Notes: generated by a model from the letters alone, not told the origin. Counted from the stretch's first letter, positions 1-10,312 are shown. The stretch: 64,000 bases of DNA from Candidatus Woesebacteria bacterium RBG_16_42_24 (GCA_001792115.1 MGFX01000001.1:304705-368704), one strand, 5' to 3'. Made by a program: numbers and translations.

Positions 1-7
1 AAATAAT

Positions 8-373
8 ATGGCAGAAAAAAGCAAAGTAAAATTAGGAAAAGTTTATATTTCTGCTTCGTTTAACAACACATTGGTGACGGTTACAGATGAAAAGGGAGAC
101 ACGGTTTCTTGGGGGTCATCTGGTTCGGTTGGGTTTAAAGGGACGAGAAAGTCGACCCCATTCGCGGCGACAACCGCAGTTGAAAAGGTAATCAAGAAGG
201 CAAAAGATGAAGATGGAATTGAGGATGTAGAAATATATGTTAAGGGTCCTGGACCCGGGAGGGACGCTGCCTTAAGGGCAATCCGCGCAAGTGGTGTAAA
301 AATTTCGCTCATTGCAGATGTCACGCCCATGCCCCATAACGGTCCCAGGCCCAAAAAGAAAAGGAGAGTATGA
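8..373 (+). CDS. rpsK: 30S ribosomal protein S11
   Basis: 121 aa. Typical S11 sequence ([17 protein letters not shown]...[17 protein letters not shown]) with a basic C-terminus. Sits upstream of rpsD and rpoA as in the alpha operon. Confidence 0.9.
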   Translation: MAEKSKVKLGKVYISASFNNTLVTVTDEKGDTVSWGSSGSVGFKGTRKSTPFAATTAVEKVIKKAKDEDGIEDVEIYVKGPGPGRDAALRAIRASGVKISLIADVTPMPHNGPRPKKKRRV

Positions 374-493
374 GAACCAATTTTCCAATTTCCAATCGCC
401 AATTTCCAGTTAATTTTGAATTTAATAATTTTAAATTTGAGAACTCGATAATTATTTGGAATTTGGAAACTGGAGATTGGAGATTTTAGAACC

Positions 494-1093
494 ATGGCAA
501 GATATACAGGACCAAAAGACAGATTATCCCGAAGAGAAGGTTTTGATTTGTATGGAGCTGGAGCAAAACTGACCCGGTTGATGGTACCGCCGGGGATGCA
601 CGGACCCAAGGGAGTTTCCACCCCATCACAATATGGAAGACAGCTTAGGGAGAAACAAAAAGTGAAAAGATTTTACGGGATAATGGAGAGACAATTTAAA
701 AAATATGTTACTCAAGCTCTTAAAACTAGAGGAAACACCGGAGAAAAATTGCTTTCGATTTTGGAAAGAAGACTCGACAATGTCGTTTTTAGATTAGGGT
801 TTGCCCCTTCACGGCCTTCTGCGAGACAGCTGGTTTCTCATGGCCACGTTTTAGTGTCGGGCAAAAGGGTAAATGTGCCTTCATATCAACTCTGCCCTGG
901 AGATACGGTTTCCCTTTCGGGGAAGGCCATAAATATTCCCGGGGTAAAGGCGGTTTTGGAGAAGAAGGATTTCAAGATTCCTTCATGGTTGGAGAAGAAG
1001 GCGGTGGTAGGCAGAATGAATAGGGAGCCAAAAATTGAAGACGTTGCCGAACCCATTTCAGTTACCGACATAGTAGAATTCTACTCTCGCTAG
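494..1093 (+). CDS. rpsD: 30S ribosomal protein S4
   Basis: 199 aa. N-terminal MARYTGPK...RREG S4 signature and an S4 RNA-binding domain. Alpha-operon context. Confidence 0.9.
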   Translation: MARYTGPKDRLSRREGFDLYGAGAKLTRLMVPPGMHGPKGVSTPSQYGRQLREKQKVKRFYGIMERQFKKYVTQALKTRGNTGEKLLSILERRLDNVVFRLGFAPSRPSARQLVSHGHVLVSGKRVNVPSYQLCPGDTVSLSGKAINIPGVKAVLEKKDFKIPSWLEKKAVVGRMNREPKIEDVAEPISVTDIVEFYSR

Positions 1094-1173
1094 CGCGTGA
1101 GTAGAAAATGCCTAATTACTAATTTCTAATGACTAAAATGTATCAAAATATTAAATTTTCAAATTTCAAAATT

Positions 1174-1190
1174 CCCCGCCACAGGCGGGG
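1174..1190 (+). terminator. GC hairpin CCCCGCC-aca-GGCGGGG between rpsD and rpoA, immediately upstream of the rpoA RBS (GGAGGTG); possible attenuator or processing stem
   Basis: A perfect 7-bp GC stem read directly in the sequence. No U tract follows it, so it is not a classical terminator. Confidence 0.3.
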
Positions 1191-1208
1191 CCAGGGAGGT
1201 GACTAAAA

Positions 1209-2132
1209 TTGAACGAACCAATGTTCAGTGTTGAACAAGAAAGTAAGAAAGATAATTATGGACGATTTATTGTTTCCCCTTTGGAACAAGGGTACGGAGC
1301 GACATTGGGGACTTCCCTTAGGCGCGTACTTTTAACTTCTCTTCCGGGGGCTGCCGTAACATCGGTGCGAATTTCGGGAGTGAAACATCAATTCTCTACC
1401 CTTAAGGGAATGAGGGAGGATATTGTTGAGTTTTTGTTAAATCTAAAAAAAGTCAGATTTTCCTATGATGGGGAGGAAGCGGCTCGCGGCACGATTTCGG
1501 TAAAAAGTGCCGGAGAGGTAAAAGCCAAAGATATAAAAGTTCCCGCGACGGTTAAGATAGCAAACCCAGAGTTGGTACTCGCAAATTTGGATAAGGGAGG
1601 GAAGATTGACGCCGAAATAACTATAGAGAAAGGTGCAGGATATTCTCTTGCGGAAGAGCGAGCGACTGGCGAGATTGGACTAATTCCACTTGACGCCTCG
1701 TTCTCGCCCATTACCAGGGTCAATTACAGAGTTGAAGAAACTCGTGTTGGAAGGTTGACCAACTACGACAAATTAATTTTAGAGATAACAACTGATTCTA
1801 CAATAAATCCTAAAGAAGCACTTATTTTGGCTGCGAAAACTCTACTTTCATACTATAACCAAATAGTTAGTCCTAAGAAGGTGGCAAAAACCGAGGAGGC
1901 AAAGGTCGATAATCTAGGAGTGGTTGGAAATCTTTCAGTCGAGGAGATAGGTCTTCCTACAAGAGTTGCCAATGCATTAGTCAGAGCAGGCTACGAGACA
2001 GTCGAGAATCTGGTTAAAGCAAAGAAAGAGGATCTTATCAAAGTCAGAAACTTGGGAGACAAGTCTCTTAAGATTATTGCTCTCGCACTCGCAGATCGCG
2101 AAGTCAAATTTCCCATGGAGGAGGAAAGTTAA
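1209..2132 (+). CDS. rpoA: DNA-directed RNA polymerase subunit alpha
   Basis: 307 aa. N-terminal domain (GYGATLGTSLRRVLLTSLPGAAV) and a C-terminal HhH domain. Apparent TTG start at 1209; ATG at 1221 is an alternative. Confidence 0.9.
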   Translation: MNEPMFSVEQESKKDNYGRFIVSPLEQGYGATLGTSLRRVLLTSLPGAAVTSVRISGVKHQFSTLKGMREDIVEFLLNLKKVRFSYDGEEAARGTISVKSAGEVKAKDIKVPATVKIANPELVLANLDKGGKIDAEITIEKGAGYSLAEERATGEIGLIPLDASFSPITRVNYRVEETRVGRLTNYDKLILEITTDSTINPKEALILAAKTLLSYYNQIVSPKKVAKTEEAKVDNLGVVGNLSVEEIGLPTRVANALVRAGYETVENLVKAKKEDLIKVRNLGDKSLKIIALALADREVKFPMEEES

Positions 2133-2582
2133 GTGAAAAAGAGAGTGTTCGGAAGAAAACTATCCAGAGGGGGTGGGGCAAGGAAGGCGCTGTTTGCTTC
2201 TCTAACTCGCGCTCTAGTAATTAGTGGTAAAATCGAGACCACAAAAGCCAAGGCAAAAGCTTTTGTTCCGGAGGCCGAGAGACTTGTGACTTTGGCTAAA
2301 AATGGAGATTCTACCAGAATTTCAGCTTTTTTTGGCAACGATAGGAAAATAACTCACGATTTCACCAATTTAGTTCGGCAATTTAGTCGAAAATCTGGAT
2401 TTACCAGGATGGTAAATCTCCCGAATAGGGTGGGAGATTTTGCCGAAATGGTTAGAGTCGAGTGGGTGGAAAATATAGTCAAAAGTGAGAAGGATGATAG
2501 TAAAAAGTTAACAAAGAAGCCCAAAGAAGGAAAACCCGAAAAGGTCGCGGTAAAAGAGACGAAAACAAAAAAAGTTAAGTAG
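2133..2582 (+). CDS. rplQ: 50S ribosomal protein L17 with a Lys-rich C-terminal extension
   Basis: GTG start. L17 core (GRKLSRGGGARKALFASL...RLVTLAK) follows rpoA. Lys-rich tail. Confidence 0.85.
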   Translation: MKKRVFGRKLSRGGGARKALFASLTRALVISGKIETTKAKAKAFVPEAERLVTLAKNGDSTRISAFFGNDRKITHDFTNLVRQFSRKSGFTRMVNLPNRVGDFAEMVRVEWVENIVKSEKDDSKKLTKKPKEGKPEKVAVKETKTKKVK

Positions 2583-2586
2583 AAAT

Positions 2587-3024
2587 ATGAAGACTTATCA
2601 ACCAAAAGTTAAAGAAATAAAAAGGTCGTGGCAATTGCTTGATGCCAAAGATGAGATTTTGGGGAGACTTGCAACCAAAGCGGCAACTTTTCTTATGGGG
2701 AAAAATAAAGTAACATACTCTCCACACTTAGATAGCGGTGATTATGTAGTCATAGTTAATGCTGAGAAAATTGAGCTTAGCGGAAGGAAGAAGACCCAAA
2801 AAGTTTATCGAGGACACTCCGGTTATCCTGGGGGATTTAAGGAAGTCGCCTTTGCCAAACTCTCAAAGGAAAACCCAGCCAGGGTGGTTGAGCATGCAAT
2901 TGCCGGAATGCTTCCTGCGAATAGACTTAGAGGACCGAGACTTAAAAGATTAAAAATTATAGTTGGGGATAAAAATCCATACGTAGATAAGTTCAAAACT
3001 CAAAATTCAAAACTCAAAATTTAA
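2587..3024 (+). CDS. rplM: 50S ribosomal protein L13
   Basis: 145 aa. L13 N-terminus (MKTYQPKVKEIKRSW...LGRLATKAA). The C-terminal approximately 10 residues (KFKTQNSKLKI) are encoded by a CTCAAAA-type repeat. Confidence 0.9.
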   Translation: MKTYQPKVKEIKRSWQLLDAKDEILGRLATKAATFLMGKNKVTYSPHLDSGDYVVIVNAEKIELSGRKKTQKVYRGHSGYPGGFKEVAFAKLSKENPARVVEHAIAGMLPANRLRGPRLKRLKIIVGDKNPYVDKFKTQNSKLKI

Positions 3025-3028
3025 TAAT

Positions 3029-3439
3029 ATGCCGAAAACAAAAAAGGAAAATTTTACATACGCGGTAGGAAGGCGCAAAAGCGCCGCTGCCCGCGTCAGA
3101 ATATTTAAAGGTACGGGGGAGACCCAAGTCAACGGAATTCCAATCGCCGAATATTTTCCTGGAGAAGTCTCAAAATCAGTCTGGCAGAAGCCGTTTGAAT
3201 TGACTCAGACTTGGGGGAAATACTACGCAACTGTAAAAGCGGTGGGTGGGGGAAAAGGTGGGCAAGTGGAAGCGGTAGCCAATGCTTTGGCAAAAGCGCT
3301 AGTTCTTATTAATAGGCAAGATTATAAATCACCCTTAAAGAAAGCCGGGCTTTTGACTCGGGATGCAAGGGAAAGGCAAAGGAGAATGGTTGGAACCGGT
3401 GGAAAAGCAAGGCGAGCGAAGCAATCTCCAAAGCGGTGA
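3029..3439 (+). CDS. rpsI: 30S ribosomal protein S9
   Basis: 136 aa. S9 C-terminal signature (LLTRDARERQRRMVGTGGKARRAKQSPKR). Confidence 0.9.
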   Translation: MPKTKKENFTYAVGRRKSAAARVRIFKGTGETQVNGIPIAEYFPGEVSKSVWQKPFELTQTWGKYYATVKAVGGGKGGQVEAVANALAKALVLINRQDYKSPLKKAGLLTRDARERQRRMVGTGGKARRAKQSPKR

Positions 3440-4479
3440 TGACGGCTAACGATTATCTAAAAAAATACTCCAAGGAGGCTGACAGATTTCTCAATAGTTT
3501 TTTTCTAAAAAAAAGAAGACTAGCGGGTAGAATTGATCCTGATTTAGTCAACATACTTCAAGTTTTTCAGGATTACACGAAAGGAGGAAAAAAGGTCCGT
3601 GGGGCTTTAACCGTTCTTGGTTACCAAGCTTGTGGGGGAAAAGATATAAAAGCGATTCTTCCCGTTTCCTGCGGAATTGAGCTTTTTCATAATTTCCTTC
3701 TAATTCATGACGACATAATCGATAGAGACAAAGAAAGACGGGGCAAGCTCACCGTTCACACGCACTTTGCTGCAAAAAGAGGCGAGCACTACGGGAATTC
3801 TAAGGCAATAATAGTGGGTGACGTTGGGGCTTTCTTGGCCTATGAGCTCATTTTATCCTCAGGTTTTTCTAAGGAGAGAACGCTAAGGGCTGTCGCAAAA
3901 CTCAATGAATTTTTATTAAAAACCGGCTACGGACAACTTTTAGACATAGACTACGATTTTAAGAAGAATATAAGTTGGGACGATATACTAAAAGTCCGGA
4001 CATATAAGACTGCTTATTACACAATTACGATGCCTTTAAGCGTCGGCGCGATACTTGCCGGGGCAAAATTAGAAGTGTTAAATAATATAGAGAAATACAG
4101 TATTCCAGTTGGCCTTGCTTTTCAGCTGGCTGACGATATTTTGGGAGTATTCGGTTCAATCGAAAAAACTGGAAAAAGTAACACCTCAGACATTAGTGAA
4201 GGTAAAAAGACATTCCTCTATGCAAAAAGTTTAGAATTGGCAAATGCCGAAGATAAAAATTTTTTACAAAGATGGTATGGGGTGAAAGATGCCAATGAGT
4301 CAAGGGTGAGGCGGATTAGAGAGATAATGGGTTTTTGCGGCGCACAAGAGTATTCACAAAATCTTGCATATGATTTGGTCAAAAAAGGGAAAAAATATGT
4401 GGCTATGATTACGAAAGTAAGGAAATACCAAGAACTCTTGGAAAGTTTGGCAGATTATGTAGTTAATAGGGAAAAGTAG
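3436..4479 (+). CDS. polyprenyl diphosphate synthase (FPP/GGPP synthase family)
   Basis: First DDxxD motif (LIHDDIIDRD) and second DDxxD motif (FQLADDILG). 347 aa. Start overlaps the rpsI stop. Confidence 0.8.
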   Translation: MMTANDYLKKYSKEADRFLNSFFLKKRRLAGRIDPDLVNILQVFQDYTKGGKKVRGALTVLGYQACGGKDIKAILPVSCGIELFHNFLLIHDDIIDRDKERRGKLTVHTHFAAKRGEHYGNSKAIIVGDVGAFLAYELILSSGFSKERTLRAVAKLNEFLLKTGYGQLLDIDYDFKKNISWDDILKVRTYKTAYYTITMPLSVGAILAGAKLEVLNNIEKYSIPVGLAFQLADDILGVFGSIEKTGKSNTSDISEGKKTFLYAKSLELANAEDKNFLQRWYGVKDANESRVRRIREIMGFCGAQEYSQNLAYDLVKKGKKYVAMITKVRKYQELLESLADYVVNREK

Positions 4480-4486
4480 CTGAAGT

Positions 4487-5209
4487 TTAGGGGAAAATTA
4501 GGAATTTCAAACCAATTAAGAGTAAAAACATTGAAATTACCGTTCTGAATTTTGCTTGAGGAATTCTGTTTACTATTTTTTTTGCAATCCAAGCCCCCAA
4601 GAAAGAAGCGGGAATAAAAGCAAGAAGACCCAAGGTAAGAGAGTGATTGATTCTTACTCCCCCCAGAAAATAGGTGCTTATGCGGGAAGCATCAATTGCA
4701 AAACCAGTGAGTCCCGAAATAAAAATATAAGCAGATTTGGGTAGGTTAAAGGCCGTTAAAACAACACTCCTTAAGGCCCCGCCACCTACTCCAGAAATTC
4801 CTCCCAAAAAACCTGATCCGGCTCCCCCGATCCCAGCCGTTAACATATTATCTTTAAGTTTGAAATCTGGCTTGAAAAATAAATAGACAATATAGACCAA
4901 AAGGATTAGTCCGACAAATCTGGAAAGAAGCACTTCGGGAAGGGTAAGTGCCATTCGCGCCCCGATATAAGCCATAATAATCCCGGGAAGGGCAAAGAAG
5001 AAGAGAAGTTTTGCATCAAATCCGTGTTTGAAAAAATACATTTTCCAAATGTCCCCGAACCAGTGAATAACTCCTACAAGAAGAAGCGTCTCTGGCAAGG
5101 GGAGAAAAAGTAGAACCACAGGAACCATGATGGTTGAAATTCCAAACCCGGTAATTGTTCCCACGATTCCGGCAAGGAATGTAAGGACAGTGAGAAATAA
5201 GATTTCCAT
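4487..5209 (-). CDS. TSUP/TauE-SafE family membrane transporter
   Basis: 240 aa, polytopic. Two-repeat architecture with GxGGG-like motifs typical of DUF81/TauE proteins. Confidence 0.65.
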   Translation of the reverse strand: MEILFLTVLTFLAGIVGTITGFGISTIMVPVVLLFLPLPETLLLVGVIHWFGDIWKMYFFKHGFDAKLLFFFALPGIIMAYIGARMALTLPEVLLSRFVGLILLVYIVYLFFKPDFKLKDNMLTAGIGGAGSGFLGGISGVGGGALRSVVLTAFNLPKSAYIFISGLTGFAIDASRISTYFLGGVRINHSLTLGLLAFIPASFLGAWIAKKIVNRIPQAKFRTVISMFLLLIGLKFLIFP

Positions 5210-5325
5210 TTATTAGGGTCTCTTGATGACATCCTCCCCGCGAGGATGACATATCAGCGTTCAATTCATTTCCAGGCCCAGAGCCTGGAGTTTTCTTGAA
5301 TGCTGTTATAAAATATACCAGAATT

Positions 5326-5396
5326 CGGGGTGTAGTTTAACGGCAGAATGCGCGGCTGGGGGTCGTGCGGTCTGGGTTCAATTCCCAGCACCCCGA
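5326..5396 (+). tRNA. tRNA-Pro (anticodon GGG)
   Basis: Hand-folded cloverleaf. Acceptor CGGGGTG/CACCCCG, T arm CTGGG-TTCAATT-CCCAG, anticodon stem CGCGG/TCGTG with loop CTGGGGG (U33, GGG, G37). CCA is not encoded. Confidence 0.7.
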
Positions 5397-5438
5397 CATA
5401 GAAAGAAAGCTAAACCGTAAAAGGTTTGAGGGTGTAGC
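5394..5438 (+). repeat. direct repeat copy 1 (cgacatagaaagaaagctaaaccgtaaaaggtttgagggtgtagc), overlapping the last 3 nt of tRNA-Pro
   Basis: Near-identical copy at 6915-6960, differing by 1 indel and 2 substitutions. Read directly in the sequence. Confidence 0.7.
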
Positions 5439-5674
5439 TTTGAGTAATTACCGCTTCGTAGAGCAAAACTATTACCTCGCATTGCTTGATAATGATTTAC
5501 TCTTCTTTTACGCTCAATCGCTAAGTTACCACAAATTGTATTTATCTGCCCTTTTGTAGATTCTGGAATCCTTGTAGAAGGGTCGCTTGAAACTTTCGGC
5601 TGATTATCTAATTCATTCGGCTGGTCATTATCCATGACCTTAGTATATCAATATCCTGAAAGTCGTTAGGTTAA

Positions 5675-6262
5675 TTACTTTGAAGGAAAAATATCATCTG
5701 AGGTATTGTATTCGCCATCGGGGCCTAAACTTCTAAGTTCATACGATTGTCCATCATCAGAAACCTTGTAGTAAAATGGCTTCATATAGTGGTCTGAGGG
5801 AAACACAGTATATCCATCCTTTGATAGTTCCTCTAGAGTTTGAGGATAAGTCCCATTTTTCTTTTTGTATAGCTCCAAATACCCAGCATTTTGAGTCAAA
5901 ATTTGTTCGCTCGCTTGCTTTTTGGGTGCGTCAAATGGTCCCCCCTTTGCAACAAAACCAAAATAGAATAGTGAACCATACATAACAATGCTAAATAAAA
6001 TACCTAGAACTCCTAAAATTATTCCAGCAATTGCTAATTTTTTACCACCAACACCACCCTTTTTTATTTTTGAAAGTCCAATGGCTCCCAAAATAATAGC
6101 AATTATTCCCGTAAGAACACCCAGTAATGGCATGAATGATACTAGTCCTAGTATAAAACTAGCAATCGCTAATCCAGATTTAGGAAGTTTTTCTGGTTGT
6201 TGGGACACTAATGGTTGATTTTGAGGAGTTACCACTGGTTGAGTACTTGTGTCAATTGTCAT
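5675..6262 (-). CDS. membrane protein with a DUF4190-like N-terminus and a type II secretion GspG/pseudopilin-like C-terminal domain
   Basis: 195 aa. Two TM helices (GLAIASFILGLVSF...GIILGVLGILFSIV), then ...LELYKKKNGTYPQTLEEL...YELRSLGPDGE, which resembles GspG C-domains. Lies between the two direct repeats. Confidence 0.45.
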   Translation of the reverse strand: MTIDTSTQPVVTPQNQPLVSQQPEKLPKSGLAIASFILGLVSFMPLLGVLTGIIAIILGAIGLSKIKKGGVGGKKLAIAGIILGVLGILFSIVMYGSLFYFGFVAKGGPFDAPKKQASEQILTQNAGYLELYKKKNGTYPQTLEELSKDGYTVFPSDHYMKPFYYKVSDDGQSYELRSLGPDGEYNTSDDIFPSK

Positions 6263-6914
6263 ATTTCATTAGGTAAATAATTACTACTATTTTAGTAAAT
6301 CAAATTCATAAACATAATGCAACAGATTTCCATTATTGAAATCAGATCAATCCTGAAATCGTTAAGCTTAAAAAAAGTTAGAGTTTAACTTTTTATCAAT
6401 TGTCTAGAACTTATAGACTTTTTAACTTTAACTTACTAGGTACTTAGACTATTTGGAATTCAAACAGATTTAAGTACCTTTGTGTACTTTCACCCCATAC
6501 TTAATAGGTATTAATATAGCTCAACTACCTACTTCCTTAAATTACTTGGCTTTTTTAATTCCTCGTTTAAGTCAATTCTATTACCTTGATTGTCTGTAAT
6601 ACTGGTTGCGTTTTGCTCGGCTTCTGGGGATTTGGTATCTACCGACTGCAGTTCACTCATGAGTTGAGTTAATGCCTGAACTGTGTTTTGGTCAACATTT
6701 GAAATTACACTTTGTTCGTTTGTGGCGTTTTATTGCTGTTGAGTTACAATTTGCTGATTATCAGTAGACATAATTGATTGTATTATGGCGGATTTGATCT
6801 GGATTTTGTATCGGTTCAGAGGTCAAAAGTCGTGTATCAAAGGTGTCTGGTTGCCAGTGTGTTAAAATTGATTGCACAAGAGGCGATAAATGTTCAAACT
6901 TTGTCGCTTCTTCG

Positions 6915-6960
6915 CGACATAGAAAGAAAGCTAAAGCGGTAAAAGGTTTGAGGGTATAGC
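6915..6960 (+). repeat. direct repeat copy 2
   Basis: See copy 1 at 5394-5438. Immediately upstream of the GC-rich esterase gene. Confidence 0.7.
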
Positions 6961-6985
6961 ATACTGTATAGTGTAATACTAGCTT

Positions 6986-7999
6986 ATGAAAAGAGGATCC
7001 GTGCCTGCCGTTACCGCAATTTTTCTTATTTTTCCTCTCCTTCTAATTGGCTGGTTGGTGCTACGCTCAGGCAGAATGTCTGGTTTCTTGAGGAGGTGGA
7101 GACAGAGGCAAACCCAACCCACACCTGCAATCAGCCCCAAACCCGGCGAGGGTCAATTTGACAAAACGGAAAATATAGAAACATTAAAAGACATTACCTA
7201 TCGCACAGTCGACGGACAAACGCTCACCTTCGACATTTGCCGGCCCAAAGGATTGAGTAGCAAACGGCCTGCCATCATTCTCACCCATGGCGGCGGTTTT
7301 CGCACCGGTTCCAAGTACTCTCTCTACCCCGAATGTCAAGATTTGGCCAAGTTGGGATATATTGCCTTTACCCTTGACTACCGCTTAGCGCCAAAGTACC
7401 CGTATCCTGTTCAAATCGACGACGTTCAGTATGCAGTGCGCTTTATCAAGGCCAATGCCGACAAGTACCTGATAGACTCTTCGCGTCTGGGTTCGCTCGG
7501 CGGCTCAGCCGGAGGGTATTTAGCCAGCATTTTAGGATTGATGGACACGCGTGATCCCAGCCAAGGATTATCCAACTTTAGCAGCAAGGTGCAGGTGGTA
7601 GTTAACCGTTTTGGAGTACCCATGGACATGGCCGATCCAAATTTGGTCAGGAGTGACGCTCAAACCGCCGCGTTCCAGGAGGAGATCCTGGGGGATTGGC
7701 TTAAAGGGTACGAAATAACCGATGCTTTATACAAAGAGATTTCTGCTGTTACCTACGCATCTTACGACGATGCACCAATGTTCGCGCTCTATAGCGTCAA
7801 TGACCAATTGGCGCTGCAGTCGCAAGGTCAACGCATTGTTGATGCCCTTAAAAAAGTGGGGGTAGCGGCAGAATTTGAGCCTTTTAATGGTAAAGGCCGT
7901 GGACACGGCTACGACAACGCCGCTCCGGCTGAAAAAACACGCATCTGGAATCTACAGATGGAATTTTTGCGCCGGTATTTACCCCCTATACAATCTTGA
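6986..7999 (+). CDS. alpha/beta-hydrolase fold esterase/lipase (hormone-sensitive-lipase-like family) with an N-terminal membrane anchor
   Basis: HGGGF oxyanion motif and a GGSAGG (GxSxG) nucleophile elbow. 337 aa. GC content is visibly higher than the surrounding sequence. Confidence 0.75.
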   Translation: MKRGSVPAVTAIFLIFPLLLIGWLVLRSGRMSGFLRRWRQRQTQPTPAISPKPGEGQFDKTENIETLKDITYRTVDGQTLTFDICRPKGLSSKRPAIILTHGGGFRTGSKYSLYPECQDLAKLGYIAFTLDYRLAPKYPYPVQIDDVQYAVRFIKANADKYLIDSSRLGSLGGSAGGYLASILGLMDTRDPSQGLSNFSSKVQVVVNRFGVPMDMADPNLVRSDAQTAAFQEEILGDWLKGYEITDALYKEISAVTYASYDDAPMFALYSVNDQLALQSQGQRIVDALKKVGVAAEFEPFNGKGRGHGYDNAAPAEKTRIWNLQMEFLRRYLPPIQS

Positions 8000-8038
8000 A
8001 GAGGAAATCGTAACTGGGGTTTTCCTCTTGCAATTTTT
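7999..8038 (+). terminator. Rho-independent terminator after the esterase gene
   Basis: 9-bp stem AAGAGGAAA/TTTCCTCTT followed by GCAATTTTT. Confidence 0.5.
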
Positions 8039-8064
8039 CCTCGGAAGTTGTACAAGATAGCGCA

Positions 8065-9156
8065 ATGGCAAAGAGGAAAAAAGTTGAGACCAAAGCTCCG
8101 GTTCAAAAATCCGAAGGATCTTCGCAAAAACTTCAGGCGATAAGGCTCGCTATGGAGCAGATTGAGAAGCAGTATGGTCGGGGTTCAATTATGAGGCTTG
8201 GTGAGCGGGGAGACGCTCGACTCAAAATTGAAGTAATTCCAACCGGATCAATCGCGCTTGATTTGGCACTAGGAGTTGGGGGATTTCCCAGAGGACGCAT
8301 CGTTGAAATATATGGACCAGAAGCCTCAGGGAAAACAACAATTGCTCTTTCCGCTATTGCCGAGGCTCAAAGAAAAGGAGGCCAGGCAGCATTCGTTGAC
8401 GCCGAGCACGCTCTTGACCCGGCTTGGGCGGAGAAAATTGGAGTGAACCTTGACGATCTTTTAATGTCCCAGCCCGATACAGGCGAGCAGGCTTTGGAAA
8501 TTACGGAAACCTTAATCCGCTCGGGGGCTCTTGACGTAATTGTCGTTGACTCGGTTGCCGCCCTTGTCCCCAGGGCGGAGCTTGAGGGGGAGATGGGAGA
8601 CGCGGTGATGGGGATGCAGGCGAGACTTATGAGTCAGGCTTTAAGAAAACTTACGGGGGCAATTTCTAAGTCCAAAACGGTTCTAATATTCACTAACCAA
8701 TTAAGACAAAAAATCGGAGTTATGTTTGGGAATCCGGAAACGACACCGGGTGGATTGGCGTTAAAGTTTTATTCATCCATTAGACTCGATATAAGAAGAA
8801 TTGAAGTACTAAAAGACGGTGAAGCAGCGATTGGCTCGAGACATAGGGTGCGAGTTGTTAAAAATAAGGTAGCACCTCCTCTAAAGATAGCGGAACTTGA
8901 TATTATGGCCGATAAGGGAATTTCTCGCTCCGGCGGACTTTTAGACGTTGCGGTTGAATTGGGCTTGATGAGTAAAAGCGGATCATTCTTTAATTTTGAT
9001 GGGAAACCTTTGGCTCAGGGAAGAGAAGGAGCAAAAGCTTTTATTGAGGAACACACAAAATTTGCGGAAGAGATAGATAAAAAAATCCGCGATATGGTAG
9101 CCTCTGGGATAAAGCTTCCGAAAGAAATCGGCGAAGCCGAGGGTAAAGATTCTTAA
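8065..9156 (+). CDS. recA: recombinase RecA
   Basis: 363 aa. Walker [10 protein letters not shown], and [20 protein letters not shown]. Canonical RecA throughout. Confidence 0.95.
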   Translation: MAKRKKVETKAPVQKSEGSSQKLQAIRLAMEQIEKQYGRGSIMRLGERGDARLKIEVIPTGSIALDLALGVGGFPRGRIVEIYGPEASGKTTIALSAIAEAQRKGGQAAFVDAEHALDPAWAEKIGVNLDDLLMSQPDTGEQALEITETLIRSGALDVIVVDSVAALVPRAELEGEMGDAVMGMQARLMSQALRKLTGAISKSKTVLIFTNQLRQKIGVMFGNPETTPGGLALKFYSSIRLDIRRIEVLKDGEAAIGSRHRVRVVKNKVAPPLKIAELDIMADKGISRSGGLLDVAVELGLMSKSGSFFNFDGKPLAQGREGAKAFIEEHTKFAEEIDKKIRDMVASGIKLPKEIGEAEGKDS

Positions 9157-9208
9157 GTAGTTGTCTTTCACTTAATATCTTTATATCTTAATATCGTAGT
9201 ATCAAACG

Positions 9209-9832
9209 ATGCCTTCTATAACCGCTATTAAACCCCAAAAGAACGGCAGGAGAGTCAATATTTATTTGGACGGTAAATTCGGATTCGGGATAGACATTGA
9301 GAATTTTGTAAAACTTGGACTCAAGGTTGAACAAGAGCTTTCTGATACAGAAATTGAGGGAATAGTTAAAAAAGCGGAGTTTCTAAAGACGCTGGATAAG
9401 CTCTTAAGGTTCGGAACCTTAAGGCCAAGAAGCGAGAAAGAGCTAAAAGATTGGCTTAAAAGAAAGAAAGTGCACGAGAGTTTGACCGAGGAGCTCTTTA
9501 ATCGATTGAACCGATTGGATTTGGTGGACGATAAAAAATTTGCCGAGTGGTGGATTGACCAGAGACAGAATTTCCGTCCAAAAGCGAAAAGAATATTGAA
9601 TATGGAATTAAGAATGAAGGGGATTAGAAAGGAAATAGTTAAAGATGTTTTGGATAGGCTTAAAATTGATGAAGAGAAAATTGCGAGAGAGCTTCTTGAG
9701 AAAAAGTTATACCGTTGGAAGAATCTTCCGAAATTAGAGAAAAGACAGAAAATGGGACAGTTTTTGGCGAGAAAAGGATTTGGGTGGGAGATAATTTCTA
9801 AATTGATAAAAGATTTTTCTTTTGAAGAATGA
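9209..9832 (+). CDS. recX: RecA regulator RecX
   Basis: 207 aa helical-repeat protein directly downstream of recA. RecX-like repeats (DD..FAEWW...RGF). Confidence 0.7.
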   Translation: MPSITAIKPQKNGRRVNIYLDGKFGFGIDIENFVKLGLKVEQELSDTEIEGIVKKAEFLKTLDKLLRFGTLRPRSEKELKDWLKRKKVHESLTEELFNRLNRLDLVDDKKFAEWWIDQRQNFRPKAKRILNMELRMKGIRKEIVKDVLDRLKIDEEKIARELLEKKLYRWKNLPKLEKRQKMGQFLARKGFGWEIISKLIKDFSFEE

Positions 9833-10312
9833 ATTCTGCTTGTTTTCTACTTACCCAAAAAGTTATTGTCCATTTCTTACTTGCCTAAGAAATGGACGAA
9901 AGAAGGGCACCCATTTAAATTATCCAGGTTTTCTTCGCTAAAGCTCATACTATACCGCTAAACTTAGCACTCGAGTGCTGCGGACAATAGCGGTATTACA
10001 AAAGAATTCGTTCAACTCATCAAAACTGGAAATTTATGGGGTTAGAATCAAACTTCAAATGCGTTTGACGATGAAAGGCAAAAATAGTAAAATTACCTTT
10101 GGAGTCGAAGAAATCATGGGAAAGAATCCAATTTACGATTCTTCTTTCGCCAACCGCGTTATTTAGCGGTTGAGTATTCTTTGCTCCTATAGAATCAGTT
10201 TATCGGGTTCCCGGTAAATCGGATTTCAGTTAATCAGTTGTTCGGGTTAAATATCCAACAAACCGACAATCCGAGATCTGATAACTGACAAGCTGAAAAA
10301 CTGAATTATATT

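Noticed and set aside
2759-2953. ORF 2759-2953 (plus strand, 64 aa)
   Set aside because: Alternative-frame ORF completely inside rplM. The rplM frame has the canonical L13 sequence.
5365-5635. ORFs 5365-5559 (plus) and 5378-5635 (minus) just downstream of tRNA-Pro
   Set aside because: They overlap the tRNA 3' end and direct repeat copy 1. They have low-complexity, AT-rich composition and no RBS, so they are likely non-coding.
9975-10166. 63-aa ORF in the recX-rny spacer
   Set aside because: No RBS and odd composition. The spacer instead contains palindromes (gtccatttctta/taagaaatggac at about 9851-9881; ataccgcta...tagcggtat at about 9951-9996) and looks regulatory or structural.
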